This document shows, piece by piece, positions 20,264 to 31,277 of a stretch of DNA of 37,891 nt; position 1 is the stretch's first letter; each line of letters starts with the position of its first letter. A program made the position numbers and the translations under genes. The notes below the pieces were generated by a model. The model saw only the letters and a program-made list of their open reading frames with translations, made no database searches and was not told the origin of the DNA. Source of the stretch: Parvularia atlantis (lineage: Eukaryota); assembly GCA_943704415.1 (NCBI GenBank), contig CALSCO010001254.1:1-37891 (forward strand), in the 5' to 3' direction.

Positions 20264-22443
20264 TCACTTTAACTTGTTCGCAACGCAGTCGGCCAGCGCC
20301 TGCACCCACGTCGCGACGGCGATCGCGCCCGGGTCCGGCACGCCCTGCAGCAGCTCCGGCTGCACGTACGACGCACGGCCGGCGCGCGCGGGCAGCGGCG
20401 CCGTGTTGCGCGCGCCCAGCCATGCCGCGCCCGCGACGTGCTCCGGCCGAAAGTCGGGCAGGCCGAGCAGCGGCAGCAGCGCGTCGAGCATCGTGCGGTC
20501 ACCGCGCGCTGCACCGCCGTAGCGTTGGATCGCGCCCGTGGCCGCGCGGATCGCCCTGGTGTGGCGCCGAGCGGGGTGAGCCGCGTGCGGCAACAGCACG
20601 AGCAGCACGCACGTCTGCACGGTCTCGGCGGACGGCACCAGCTCGCACTTGCCGGCCACGGCCGCCGCCGCCGCCGTCAGCCCGATTTGGTACAGCGCGC
20701 CCGACGAGCCGCCGACGAGCGGTGCCGCGTCGAGCGTCTCGGCAATGTCGTCGAGCAGGTCGCCAAACGTTGCGATGGTGTCCTCTGCGCACGCGCGCGA
20801 CACGCGTCAGCCACCCGCACACCGATGGCGCAGTGGCTATGCACACCAGTGCTGTCGAGCCTGAACCGAGCAAGCAGCGCTTCGGCCATGGCGCGCATCG
20901 TCGTGCCGCAGTCGCCGTCGCCAATTTGCTCGTCGAGCTTATCGAGGTCCTTCGCAGCCTTGACGATGGCCTCGGCGGCCTCGACGACGGCGGACATCAC
21001 CCAGCGCTGATTGCCGTCGCTCGAGATGGGCTCACGCCGCGAGGCTTTGCGCTTCTTGGCGGCGGCCGGCGGCGACGTTGGCGGCTGCAGCAGCGACGCC
21101 CCCGGCCAGGCCGTGGTGGGCACGGCAGACAGCAGCGCTGGCTCAAAGCGCGCGTCGCCGAGCGTCAGCAGCGTGAGCGACACGCCTTGCATAATCAGCG
21201 ACTGCGCAGGGGTCGGTCAGCAGCGTCCACACAGTGCCGTGCATGCAGGCTCACGCACCGTCATGAGGCGGCCCGCCACGGCAACGCGCACCTCAACGCC
21301 CTCCTGCTCCTGCAGGCGCATCACGACGGCGTCCAGCAGCTCGGCAACCGCCCCGTCCGACGCTGCACCAAGGTTGTTGATGAGCACGGCGACCGGGTGC
21401 TCGACGACGAGCGGCACGGCGCCGCGCAGGACCGTCTCGACGAGCAGCTGCGCGGTCTGCACGGGCGCACTTGATCAGCACACGGCGTGTGCACTCGCGC
21501 TCGCTCGCACGCACCTCGCGCATATCCGGCCGGTGGGGCAGCGTGCGCGCGCCGGGCTCGCCGTGGATGCCGCGTCCGAGCACAGCCTTGTCGTGCTCGT
21601 TCATCGACATGCCGGCCGTGCCCATGCGCTTCACCAGCGTCTCGCCGAGCGCAAGCAGGTCGTCAAGCGGCATGCCCTGCGCACGCGCGAGTACGATCAG
21701 CTGGGCGCGCGCTGACAACCGACCTCATGTACCGCCGCGGCGTGGTGCCCGAGAACCTTGTGCACGAGCACCGTGCCGGCGAGGCCGCGGCGGCCCGTGC
21801 TGCGGTGCGCGGTGGGCAGCGCGCAGTCGTCATCGACCACGAGCATGCGCACGTTGGCGCCCTGTACGCGCCGTCGTCATCAGCAGTCGACGCAGCACGG
21901 TCGACGCCGCGCACCGTGCGGCGCACGCGCTCGGCCGCCAGGCCAAAGTTGAGCCGGTCGCCGGTGTAGTTCTTGACCACGAGCAGCACGCCCGCGCGGC
22001 CGCCCACGCGCCCGATCGCGGCCTCAACCTGCGCGGCCGACGGGCTGCGCTTCGGGTCGCGATCAGCTGCTCGTCATCACGCGCCGACTGCAACGCCGCG
22101 CCTCGCGAAGACGTCGCCGCAGACGGCCGCGCTGAGCATCGCGCCGCCCACGAAGCCGACGTGCGCGGGCTCGTGGCCCGAGCCGCCGCCCGCGATCAGC
22201 GAGACGTGGCTGTCCTTGACCGCGTCGATGTCTGCGCGTCGTCAGCGTCGTCAGCGTCGTCAGCGTCGTCAGCGTCGTCAGCGTCGTCAGCGTCGTCAGC
22301 GCACCGGCGCGGTACACGACGCGGTACGCCGGCAGCAGCGCGAGCGCATCGTTCGTGGCCACGGTCGCGCGCAGCGCCGCGTCGACGTCGAACGCGCCCG
22401 GGCGCCTCGTCGACTCGGGCGCGTGATGCGCGGCAGCTGCCAT
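20264..22443 (-). CDS. TKFC: Dihydroxyacetone kinase / triokinase-FMN cyclase (DAK1+DAK2 domains, spliced)
   Basis: [77 protein letters not shown] and PDPGA. Confidence 0.93.
22238..22300 (-). repeat. (GCTGACGAC)x7 tandem repeat filling DAK intron 1
   Basis: Seven exact 9-mers inside intron 22232-22304. Confidence 0.92.
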
Positions 22444-22479
22444 CGTCACCGAGCAAGAACAACAACAACCAAAGCGCGC

Positions 22480-24531
22480 TCACGACATCGCCAGCGGCAG
22501 GCTCGACGCGGGCAGGTCGGACACCATCGACACGCCCGGCGAGGCGAACCCGATCGTGTCGTACGGCAGGACGACTGTGCGCAGAGGCGCACGCGCGCGC
22601 GTGAGCGAGAATGCTACAAGCACACGAGCGCAAAGACGCACTGCCGGGCGCGACGGGCGGCGCGGGCGGGAGGCCAGAAACGGACGCGCTGAGTGCCGCG
22701 GCCTGGTTCATGGCCAGCAGCGTCGCCGCGTGCATCTTGGTGCCGCCGGCGCGCACATACGCCTGCACCTTGGTGCAGTTGCAGTCGCGGTGCCCGCTGC
22801 GCGCTCGCCGTGTTAGCACGCTGGCTACGCGAAGCACAGCACAGCACGCACAGCAAGATCTCGCGCAGAATGTCCGACTCGGCGCGCAGCCGCGCGGCCT
22901 GGGCGTTAAGCTCCGAGTGCATCTCCTTGAGCTGCTGCGCCTTGGTCTCCAGCTCCTGCAAAAACTGCTTGCGCTTCTGCCGGCAGCGCGAGGCGGCCTG
23001 TGCGTGCGCGTTCAGCTGTGGGTGCGCGGCGCACGACGGGGGCAGTTTACGCACGATCTTGTTGCGCTCGAGCAGGATGCGCCGCTTCTCATCGGGCGAC
23101 ATATCGTCGGTGATGCGCAGGTGCGGCGCGACCTCGTTGTCGCTTCTGCACAACCGCATCAGCACACCGCGACCGCGGTCGCCGCATCGAGCGCACGCAC
23201 GACTCGCTCTTCATGGGTGCAGAAGGCGGCTTGATCTTGGCGACGGCCGCGCGCACCGCGGGCTGAGCAACGGCCATCGCCGCTGACGCCGCCGCCGCCG
23301 CCGCCGCCGCTGCAGCCGCACTCCGCTTGCCGATTTGGGCGGCCGTCAACGGCACCGGCATGGCCATGCCCTGTTGCTGCTGCTGTTGTAGCTGCTGTTG
23401 CTTGTTGGGCGTGGACGAGCGGGACCGCTTCGGCTTCGGCGCGACGTCCATCTGCTGTCGCTGCTGCTGTTGCAACTGTTGCAGATGTTGCTGCATCGGC
23501 TGCATGTTTGGCTGCTGGCGCGGCGGCTGCATCTGCGCCAGGAGCGTCGGCATGTCGCCGCCGCTGCCCATCTGCGCGGCCTGCACCGAGACAACAGTCA
23601 GCCCCCGCTCATCGCGTGCGGCAGGAGTAGCGGTACCTTGCGCTTGGAGCGCGTGGCCGTCTCCTGCGCCGACGGGGCAGCTCCCCAAGGCGCTGTCGGG
23701 GCGGGCGCGGGCGCGGGCAGCTGCAGTTCGAGTGCCGGCGCTGCGGTACGCAGATGAGCCGCGAGAACAGCGAGCGGCGAGACGCACTGTCTTTGCGCGG
23801 CTTGGCGGGGACCTCCTGCAGGCGCATCTGTGTGCCCCAGGCCTGGCGTTGCGACGACTGCGCGGCGAGCAAGTGCAGCCCGATGGCCGCGGCCGCGTCG
23901 CCGTCCTCGCTCTTGGTGAACACGCCCATGCCCTGGAATGGCGCGGTCTGGATCGGCGGCGACGTGAGCAGCGACGACGGCGTGAACTGCGGCGCCATGT
24001 AGTCTGCGCGCGCACGCCGCGCGCCCTCCCGTCAGCGTACAGCAGCAGCACAGCGCACCGACGGCACCCGTTGTGGCGGCACCGTTGGCCTGCATGGGCG
24101 GCGACAGCACGGTCACGTTGGGCAGCAGCGACTCGCTCGAGGGCACGGCGCTGACGGCGGTGCTGCTCTGCATCGCTGCGCAGTGCGATGCGATGCGATG
24201 CGATGCGCGTCAGCCGTGCACAACGGCAAGCAGCAACGACGCGTACGCTGCCGGCCCTGCCCCGCGAAGAGCGCGTCGAACGGGTCGTCCTCGGCGCTGA
24301 GCGCGCCCAACGCGAATCGCGACGGCGGCGTGGGCAGCGCGTCGGCTGCGCGACATCGGCCGTCAGCACGCTGCGCCGCCTGCTGCCGCCGCGTCGCGAG
24401 CGGGCGACGCGCCTCGGAATGGCGGCCGCGCCGTCGTCTCGGCGGCGATCGACATCGGGCGCATCGCTGCGGTTGCGGGCCGTCAGCGGCGCGCGCATCG
24501 GCGGGGCGATGCGGCGCGGCGCACTGGCCAT
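22480..24531 (-). CDS. ATF2/Atf1-like bZIP transcription factor (spliced, start approximate)
   Basis: EKRRILLERNKI|AASRCRQKRKQFLQELE..LREILL followed by HRDC. N-terminal LPTPPSRF..DDPFDALF and a Q-rich middle. Confidence 0.82.
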
Positions 24532-24978
24532 CGGCGCGTCCGTCAGACGGCGGGTGGGACGCGACGCGCTCGGGGCACACTGCGGCAGGGGGCGCGCGCG
24601 CGTCAGTGACGGCTGTGCGGCCACTCGGCACTTGAGGAAAAGGAGCGACAGTCGCCGCGCCGTGTGCTGACAGGAGTGTCACGCTGCCTCGCCGGGTGGC
24701 GGTGGTCGGCGGCACACTCCTCTCTCTCTCTCCCTCTCTCTCTCTCTCTCTCCCTCCGCCTCCGTGCGCCGCGGTGTCGCAGCGGGCGCGGCGACGTCAT
24801 GCTCCTGGGGCACACCGCGGAAAGAGCGAGGGCGAGAGCGAGAGCCGCCGCCGCCGCAGCAGCAGCAGCAGCACGACCACACCCACGACGACCGCAGCAG
24901 CACGACCAGCAGCAGCAGCAGCAGGGCCAGCAACGACCAGCAGCAGCAGCGGCGAAGACGCAGGCGGCTCCAGCAACA

Positions 24979-25052
24979 ATGACGTCAGGGATCCGCCGCC
25001 ACGTCTATTACGTGTGCCCGGCCTGGCGAGCAGCATGGCGGTGCGGCCTCGG

Positions 25053-25116
<64 letters not shown>

Positions 25117-27160
25117 TCGCTCTCGGCGTCCCGCTCACGCTCGCTGTCCGCTCGCGGCGCGCCCAGGGCATCGACGCGGCCGCGCAGCACGCGCTCTTCG
25201 ATGCGATCGCGGAGGAGAACCTCGGCCAGGTGCGGGCGGTGTCGCGTGCGCGTGGTCGCGCCTCACAGGAGCAACGTGCCCGCGCAGGTCCAGGCGCTGT
25301 GGGGCAGATACCCCGGGCTGGCCGCGAGCACGTTCGCGGACGCGCGCTGGGACGAGGAGCTGCGCGAGGAGGCCGCGATCTTCTTCGGACCGGACGTGGG
25401 GCCGCTGACGCCGCTGCAGGCGCGTCGTCCCGCGGCCGTGCCTTCGATGGCTGACGGCGGCACGGCAACAACCAGTACGCGTGCTTTTGCGCGGCCGAGG
25501 ACATTGTCGTGTACCTGGCCGGCGTGTGCACGAGCGAGCAGCTGGACGCGCCGTGGGGTGCGATGCGCCCTGCGCTGCTGCATCGATGGCTGACCGATAG
25601 CCCATTGCAAGGCAACAAGAGCACCGCTCTACATCTTGCCGCGTTCCAGGGGCTCGACATCGGCGTCGCGACGCTGCTCGAGATGGGTGCGCAACGCAGA
25701 GGCGCGTCACACAGGGCCCCGGCTGATGCGCGTGACGCAGGCGCGCGGTCATTTGTGCGCAACCGGAGCATGTTCATCCCGATCGACTGCGCCGTCGACG
25801 ACCGCACGCGCAACTCGTTCTTCGTCAAGCGCGAGGGTGCGTGCTGCCCTATGGCAGTGGGTGGTGGCGATGCTCACGCCGCTTGTGGCGCAGTGCTTGA
25901 GGAGATCAACACCAAGCTGAGCAATTCGCCGCCCGTGATCGCGCAGCCCGGGCTGACGCACGTCGCGGTACATGCGACGCACGCGCTCTACGGACGCCGT
26001 GCTGACGCCGCCTGTCGCCGCAGCCGATGAAGCCGCTGCCGAGCCCGCTGCTCGACGGACCCAAGAAGAGCACGTCGCCGCCGCCGATGCGGTGCGCCCG
26101 CAGCCACGTCCGCACAGCCCGCATTGCTGCTGACATGAGCGCCGCACCAGCCGGAGCCTGTCACCGCTGCGCATTGAGATGAAGAACGCGGGCCTGACCG
26201 ACAGCAGCCTGTCGCTGTCGCCGCTGCGGGACAGCGCCGAGCAGATGCAGCGCGCCGTGCGCCGGAGATCCAAGCTGTCGGTGATGGACGACGGTGAGGA
26301 CGGCAACGGCAAGGACGCGGAGACGGACGAGGACAACGACGATGCGAGCGCCGAGGTGCGCCTGCGGTGTACGCACTGCACCGTGCTTCTGAACGCTGAC
26401 CCGCGCGCACAGAACTCGCCCAGCGGTATCGACCGCCGCCGGAGGATAATGGAGGCCTCGCCCTTGCGCCGCACGCCGCCGCGAGTGCCGATGCCCGCTG
26501 CCACGCCGTCGTCGATCGCGAAAAAGTCGGCGCGCAGGTGCGACGTCTTGCGAGCTAACGCTGCAGTGCTAAAGGCGCGCGCAGCAACTGCGCACGCCCC
26601 CTCTGTCGCGTCACCTTCCCCGAGGACGTCCTTTTCTTCGAGCTGGCGAAGAACGGCGAGCTGGAGGAGGTGCGCACCCCTCGCCGCTGCCCGCGCGCGT
26701 GCTCAAAGCCCATGCGCAGCTCAAACGCTTCTTGGAGTCAGGCAAGTTCACGGCCAACGACTGCTCGCTGACGGGCATCACGCCGCTGCACTTTGCGGCC
26801 GAGCGCGGCGACATCGCCATGGCATCGTATCTGCTGTCCAAGGGCGCCGACATCAACGTCTACGACGATGTGCGTGGCGCTGTCCGCTCGCATGACGCCT
26901 GACCGCGCTTGCGGCAGGGCGGCTGGCGGCCGATCCACGTCGCCGTGAGCCACGACCACTTGGACTTTGTGCGCTTCCTCAAGAGCAAGGGCGCGGACTT
27001 GGACGTCGTGGCGATGGATGGCGAGACGATCCTCGCCGTGGCCGAGACGGACGAGATGCGCGCGCTCGTGCGAGGTAACGGCCGGGCGGTCTGCACGCTG
27101 TGCGGTGTTGACGGTGCCCTTGCGCGCCCCTCGGCAGAGATCGGCTACACTGGCGCGTAG
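24979..27160 (+). CDS. Ankyrin-repeat protein (spliced; an alternative upstream in-frame ATG lies at 24799)
   Basis: LTPLQ|YAC, STALHLAAF, FELAKNGELE, TGITPLHFAAERG..LLSKGADIN, GWRPIHVAV..KGADLD. Stop TAG at 27158-27160. Confidence 0.8.
25056..25112 (+). repeat. (CT)n microsatellite in ankyrin-gene intron 1
   Basis: About 28 CT units. Shorter CT/AG tracts at about 24718-24752 and 20170-20188. Confidence 0.9.
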
Positions 27161-27212
27161 CTATGTTCACCCTCCGCTCTGTGCTGTATATGCTCCGCCT
27201 TCACGACACACT

Positions 27213-29045
27213 TCAGCATGTCCCGGCCGCCGCGGTGCCTTGCACGCACGCGACGATGCTCGCGAGCACAAAGTACGACGAGACGATGCCGACGGCCAGC
27301 CCGATCACGACGATCGCGGCGTTGACGGCCACGCGCCACCGCGCGATCGCGCCCCAGAACAGGCGCGTGTAGATCAGCGCCGGGAAGATGAAGCCCGAGA
27401 GCGACGAGGCGAGGGCGCCTGCCGTGCGCACGGTGAGCACGCGGGGCTGAAGCGGGAGCAGTACGCCGCACCCATTAGCGCCGAGACGAGCGAAAAGTAC
27501 GGCAGAAGCGTTGCGACCAGCGCCGTCACGCCCACGAGCGCCACGCGGACAGCCACGCGCTTACTCTCGTGCCAGTACGGGTTGCTGTCCGGGTGGATCA
27601 CGGCCTCCTCGACGAGCTGCGCGCGTGGCAACGTCAGCTGTCGACCGTTGTGCGGGCATGCGCGCGCGCACCTGGATCACGGGAAAGATCTGCAGCGGGT
27701 AGGTGAAGATGATCTGCACGACTAGCAGCACCTTGACGGCGCTCACGTAGCGCTGTGCCGCATACGCGATCGTGTGGGTCACAAGCCGGCATAGCCGCAG
27801 CGCGGGCACACGCACGTCGTCGGCCGGCAGGTTGTTGATCACCATGGGCAGCGTCGCGTCGCCGTAGACTGCGCACAAGACGTCAGCAGTCGCACGGCGC
27901 CCGCGTGCAAACAGACGCACAGAGGAAGCCGAAGATGCCCACGAGCAGGAACAGCAGCGTCACGACGGCCACGCCGACTTGGTTGAGCAGCTTGTAGTGC
28001 CGCGGCTCGCGCATGGACGACTCGATGGGGATGGCCTGCGCCGCACGTCAGCGCGCGCCGTCGTCGTTGTCGCGCGGCAGAGGGTACGCACCAGGTTCGC
28101 CGCTGCCATCGTGAACAGGATTGAGCCCACGCCAATGAACAAGCTCGGCCGGATAAAGTCCTGCCGCGGCTGCGGCGCGTCGTGTGAGCCGCGCGGTCGA
28201 CGAGACTCGAAGCAGAGCGGCGCACGGCGGGGCTCCACGAGAAGCGGAAGCCGTAGACGAAGAGCGAGACGACGGCCGTGAGGAAGACGAGGTTCGCGAA
28301 CATGGACACGTGCGAGAGGTACTTGAGGTCGTGCAGCATGCACAGGAACATGACGATGAACATGAGCACGCCGACGTACTCCTGCGCGTGCGCACGGTCA
28401 GCGGGCAGCCGCTGCAAATCGCGGCGCACACCTGCACGGTCAGCGACGGCGCGAGCATGTGCAGCGTCGTGGCCATGAAGATCAGGTACGCGCTGCTGGT
28501 GCACCCGCGACGAGCCGCGATCAGCAGCCGCGCGACAAGCGAGTCGCACAGCAGCCGCACCAGCCGCCGATCTGCGCGATCACGATGACGACGGCGACCG
28601 TCACTGCGCCCTTGCGCCCGAACGCCTCCTTCCCTGCGCGCCGTGCGTGCAACGTGCGATCAGCTGCACGCCGTGCGAGAAGCAGCGGTGGTGTGCGCAC
28701 CGAGCTCCGGGTAGTCGACGACGACGCCGATGGGCGCGTGCACCTGGACGTGCGTGCGCGCCGAGACGAGCAGCTGGTTGACGTAGGCCGAGGTGACGGC
28801 CGTGAGCAGCATGAGCAGGATGCCGGCCTTCCGACAGTGCGCACGCGCGCGCCGTCAGACGCGGGCCACGGCACGGCACGCGGACGACGACGCGCACCCA
28901 CAGCCCCGTCTGCTTGAAGGCGTACGGCAGCGCGTACACGCCCACGCCGATGTAGGACGTGAGCACGTTGAACGTGGTCTGGAGGAGGCTGGCCGTGCCG
29001 CCGCCGTGCACCGCGTCGTTGTGCGCGCCCTCGATGCCGTGGCGC

Positions 29046-29076
<31 letters not shown>

Positions 29077-29309
29077 TGTGGTCGTCGTGTGCAGCGGCAG
29101 TGAGCGGCTTAAGACTGCGCGCGCGTCTCGTCAGCACCACGAGCGGCACACGGAGCGAGCGCGGCGCACGGCATCGACGCGGAGGTCGCGACGAACGCGC
29201 CCGACGACGACGGCTCGGACGGCACCGCGACGGCGCGATGGTGCGTCCATGACGGCCGCAGATGACGCGCAAAGTCGCGCACGTGCCAGTGGTGGTTCTG
29301 GTGGAACAT
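27213..29309 (-). CDS. Amino acid permease, AAAP / SLC36-SLC38 type (spliced, start approximate)
   Basis: TFNVLTSYIGVGVYALPYAFKQTG, LKYLSHVSMFAN, IPIESSMREP, FTYPLQIFP, LPYFSLVSALMG and GFIFPALIY. Confidence 0.88.
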
Positions 29310-29533
29310 GTCGCGCTCTAGTGGCGTCGCGGTGCGCGCAGCACGGGGCACGGGGCAGCCTCCGGGAAGGCGGCGGAGCAGCAGAACTGAAGAGCCGCGC
29401 CGCCGTGAGTCACACGAAGCGCCGACAGAGCCACGCGGAGCGCCGATGACTCATAGATCGCGCCCTGCACGCTTGCCAGTGCCTTTCCTTTTTCTGTTCA
29501 CTTCACCTTGTGCTCACTGCAAGATGCAGAGGC

Positions 29534-31224
29534 TCAGTCCTCGTCCTGAAAGCGCTGGTGCGTGTTTGTGCTCGTCGGCGCGGCGCCCGGCGCGACCGGG
29601 TCCAGGTCGATCGGCTCGCTCAGCTCGTGCACGTCGGCGCGCACACTCGGGCCCGACATGGCCATGAGCGTGATGGCGAGGGCGAGCGTGATGAACTGCA
29701 CGCACGTGCGCGGCGTGAGCGAGCGGCGTGCTCAGAGGAGGCACGCACCTGGAGCACGGCCATCGCGATCGCGCCGCCGCCCGCCACGTGCAGCGTGTAC
29801 GACAGCGTCTCGGTCACGTCCTGTGCGCACACACCGTGAGCAGCGTGCGGCGCACAGCTGCGGCGGCGCACCTGCTGGCACGACTTGTCGTAGCCCTTGA
29901 CGACGAAGCACGTGTCGTTGTAGTACGGCGGCACGGCGTAGTCGACCGTCGTGTTCCAGCCGCAGCTGCGCGGCCGGCTGAGCGCAACGCACCGCCACCT
30001 AGCGCAGGCACGCACCAGTTGTACTTGTCCTGCTCGGCCGCGATCGCCAAGTCGTCGTGGCGCATACCGGCGTCGTACCAGAAGTTGGTCAGGCGCTCGC
30101 GGCACGGCGGCACGGCGCCCTGTGCGCACGCAGCGTCAGTGCGTCACGTCAGCGCCGCTGCCCATGTGTGTGAACCAGATAGCTCGGGCACAGCGTGTAG
30201 TTCTGGATGAAGAACGGCAGGAACAGGTCGTCCGCGACCGTGTACCAGCCGCAGCAATTGTACTTTGTGCGCGCACGCGGGCCCGTGAGCAGCATACGTA
30301 GACGCGCAACGCGGACGGGCGCACGTCCGTCTGGAACGAGCGCAGGACCTGGCGGCCGTACTCGTTCTGCTTCTCGACCGCGACAAACTCGAGCAGGTGG
30401 ATCATCGTGTCGGCGCACGCGCCCCACCCGGGGTGCAGCGACGAGCACACGGTCTCGTTGCCGTACGGCGGCACGGCGCGGTCGGACGTGTTGCGCCAGC
30501 CGCAGCTGATGCGCGCGCCACGTGAGCCACGCGTTGTCACGATCAGCACGAACGCGCGCACACCACTTGTACGCGTCCTGCGCGGCGCACACGAGTGCGA
30601 TCAACAAGCGCACGCACGGCCCACACGGTGCACGGCGCGCACCTCGATGGCCTCGATCGCCATCGGGTCGGCCGCGACGATGACGGACCAGCTGCTGTCG
30701 GCGATGGCGGGCAGCTGCTGATCGCCGTCAGTCCTTCCCGCGCCCTCCGCGCCCAGCAGCGCGCGCCTCGTTGCGGTTGACGAAGGCGATGATGCCCACG
30801 GCGAACTCGATCGCGGTGAGGATCACGACGATGCAGAGGAAGACCGAGAGCGTCTGCTTGTTGTCGCGCACGGCGCCGTGCAGGCCGCTGTTCGCACATG
30901 ATCAGGGTGCGGCCAGTGCGCCGCGCCGCGCCGCGCCGACGCACAGCAGCGTGCACAGCGCGAGGATCACGGCGAGGACGACGATCAGCCCGGCCACCCA
31001 CGCCACCGCGAAGCCGTTGAGGCGCGTGTCGGTGGCGACGGCGACCGACGCGACGATGATGAGGATGAGCGAGCAGACCTTGGCGGGCGCGCCGCATCAG
31101 CCCGCAACGTGCGCGCGCCGTCCGATCGTCTGCTCCCCGCACGCACGAGCACGAACGCGTTCACGCCCACGAGCAGCTGCTTCACCACGCGGCTGCCGAG
31201 CGAGGGCACTGACGAGCGCGCCAT
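29534..31224 (-). CDS. Tetraspanin-like protein with enlarged EC2 (spliced)
   Basis: TM1 KQLLVGVNAFVL, TM2 ending GLHGAVRDNK, TM3 containing IEFAVGI, then CCGW motifs and TM4 AMAVLQVQFITLALA. Stop at 29534. Confidence 0.85.
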
Positions 31225-31277
31225 CCGATCGTGGTACTGCCTTCTTACAACGGTGACAGACGTGAACGGACTGAACG

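Noticed and set aside
16234..20522. Long + strand ORFs (534, 464, 796 and 562 aa) opposite the TRIM-NHL genes
   Set aside because: Antisense shadows expected from high GC and codon bias. No recognisable motifs.
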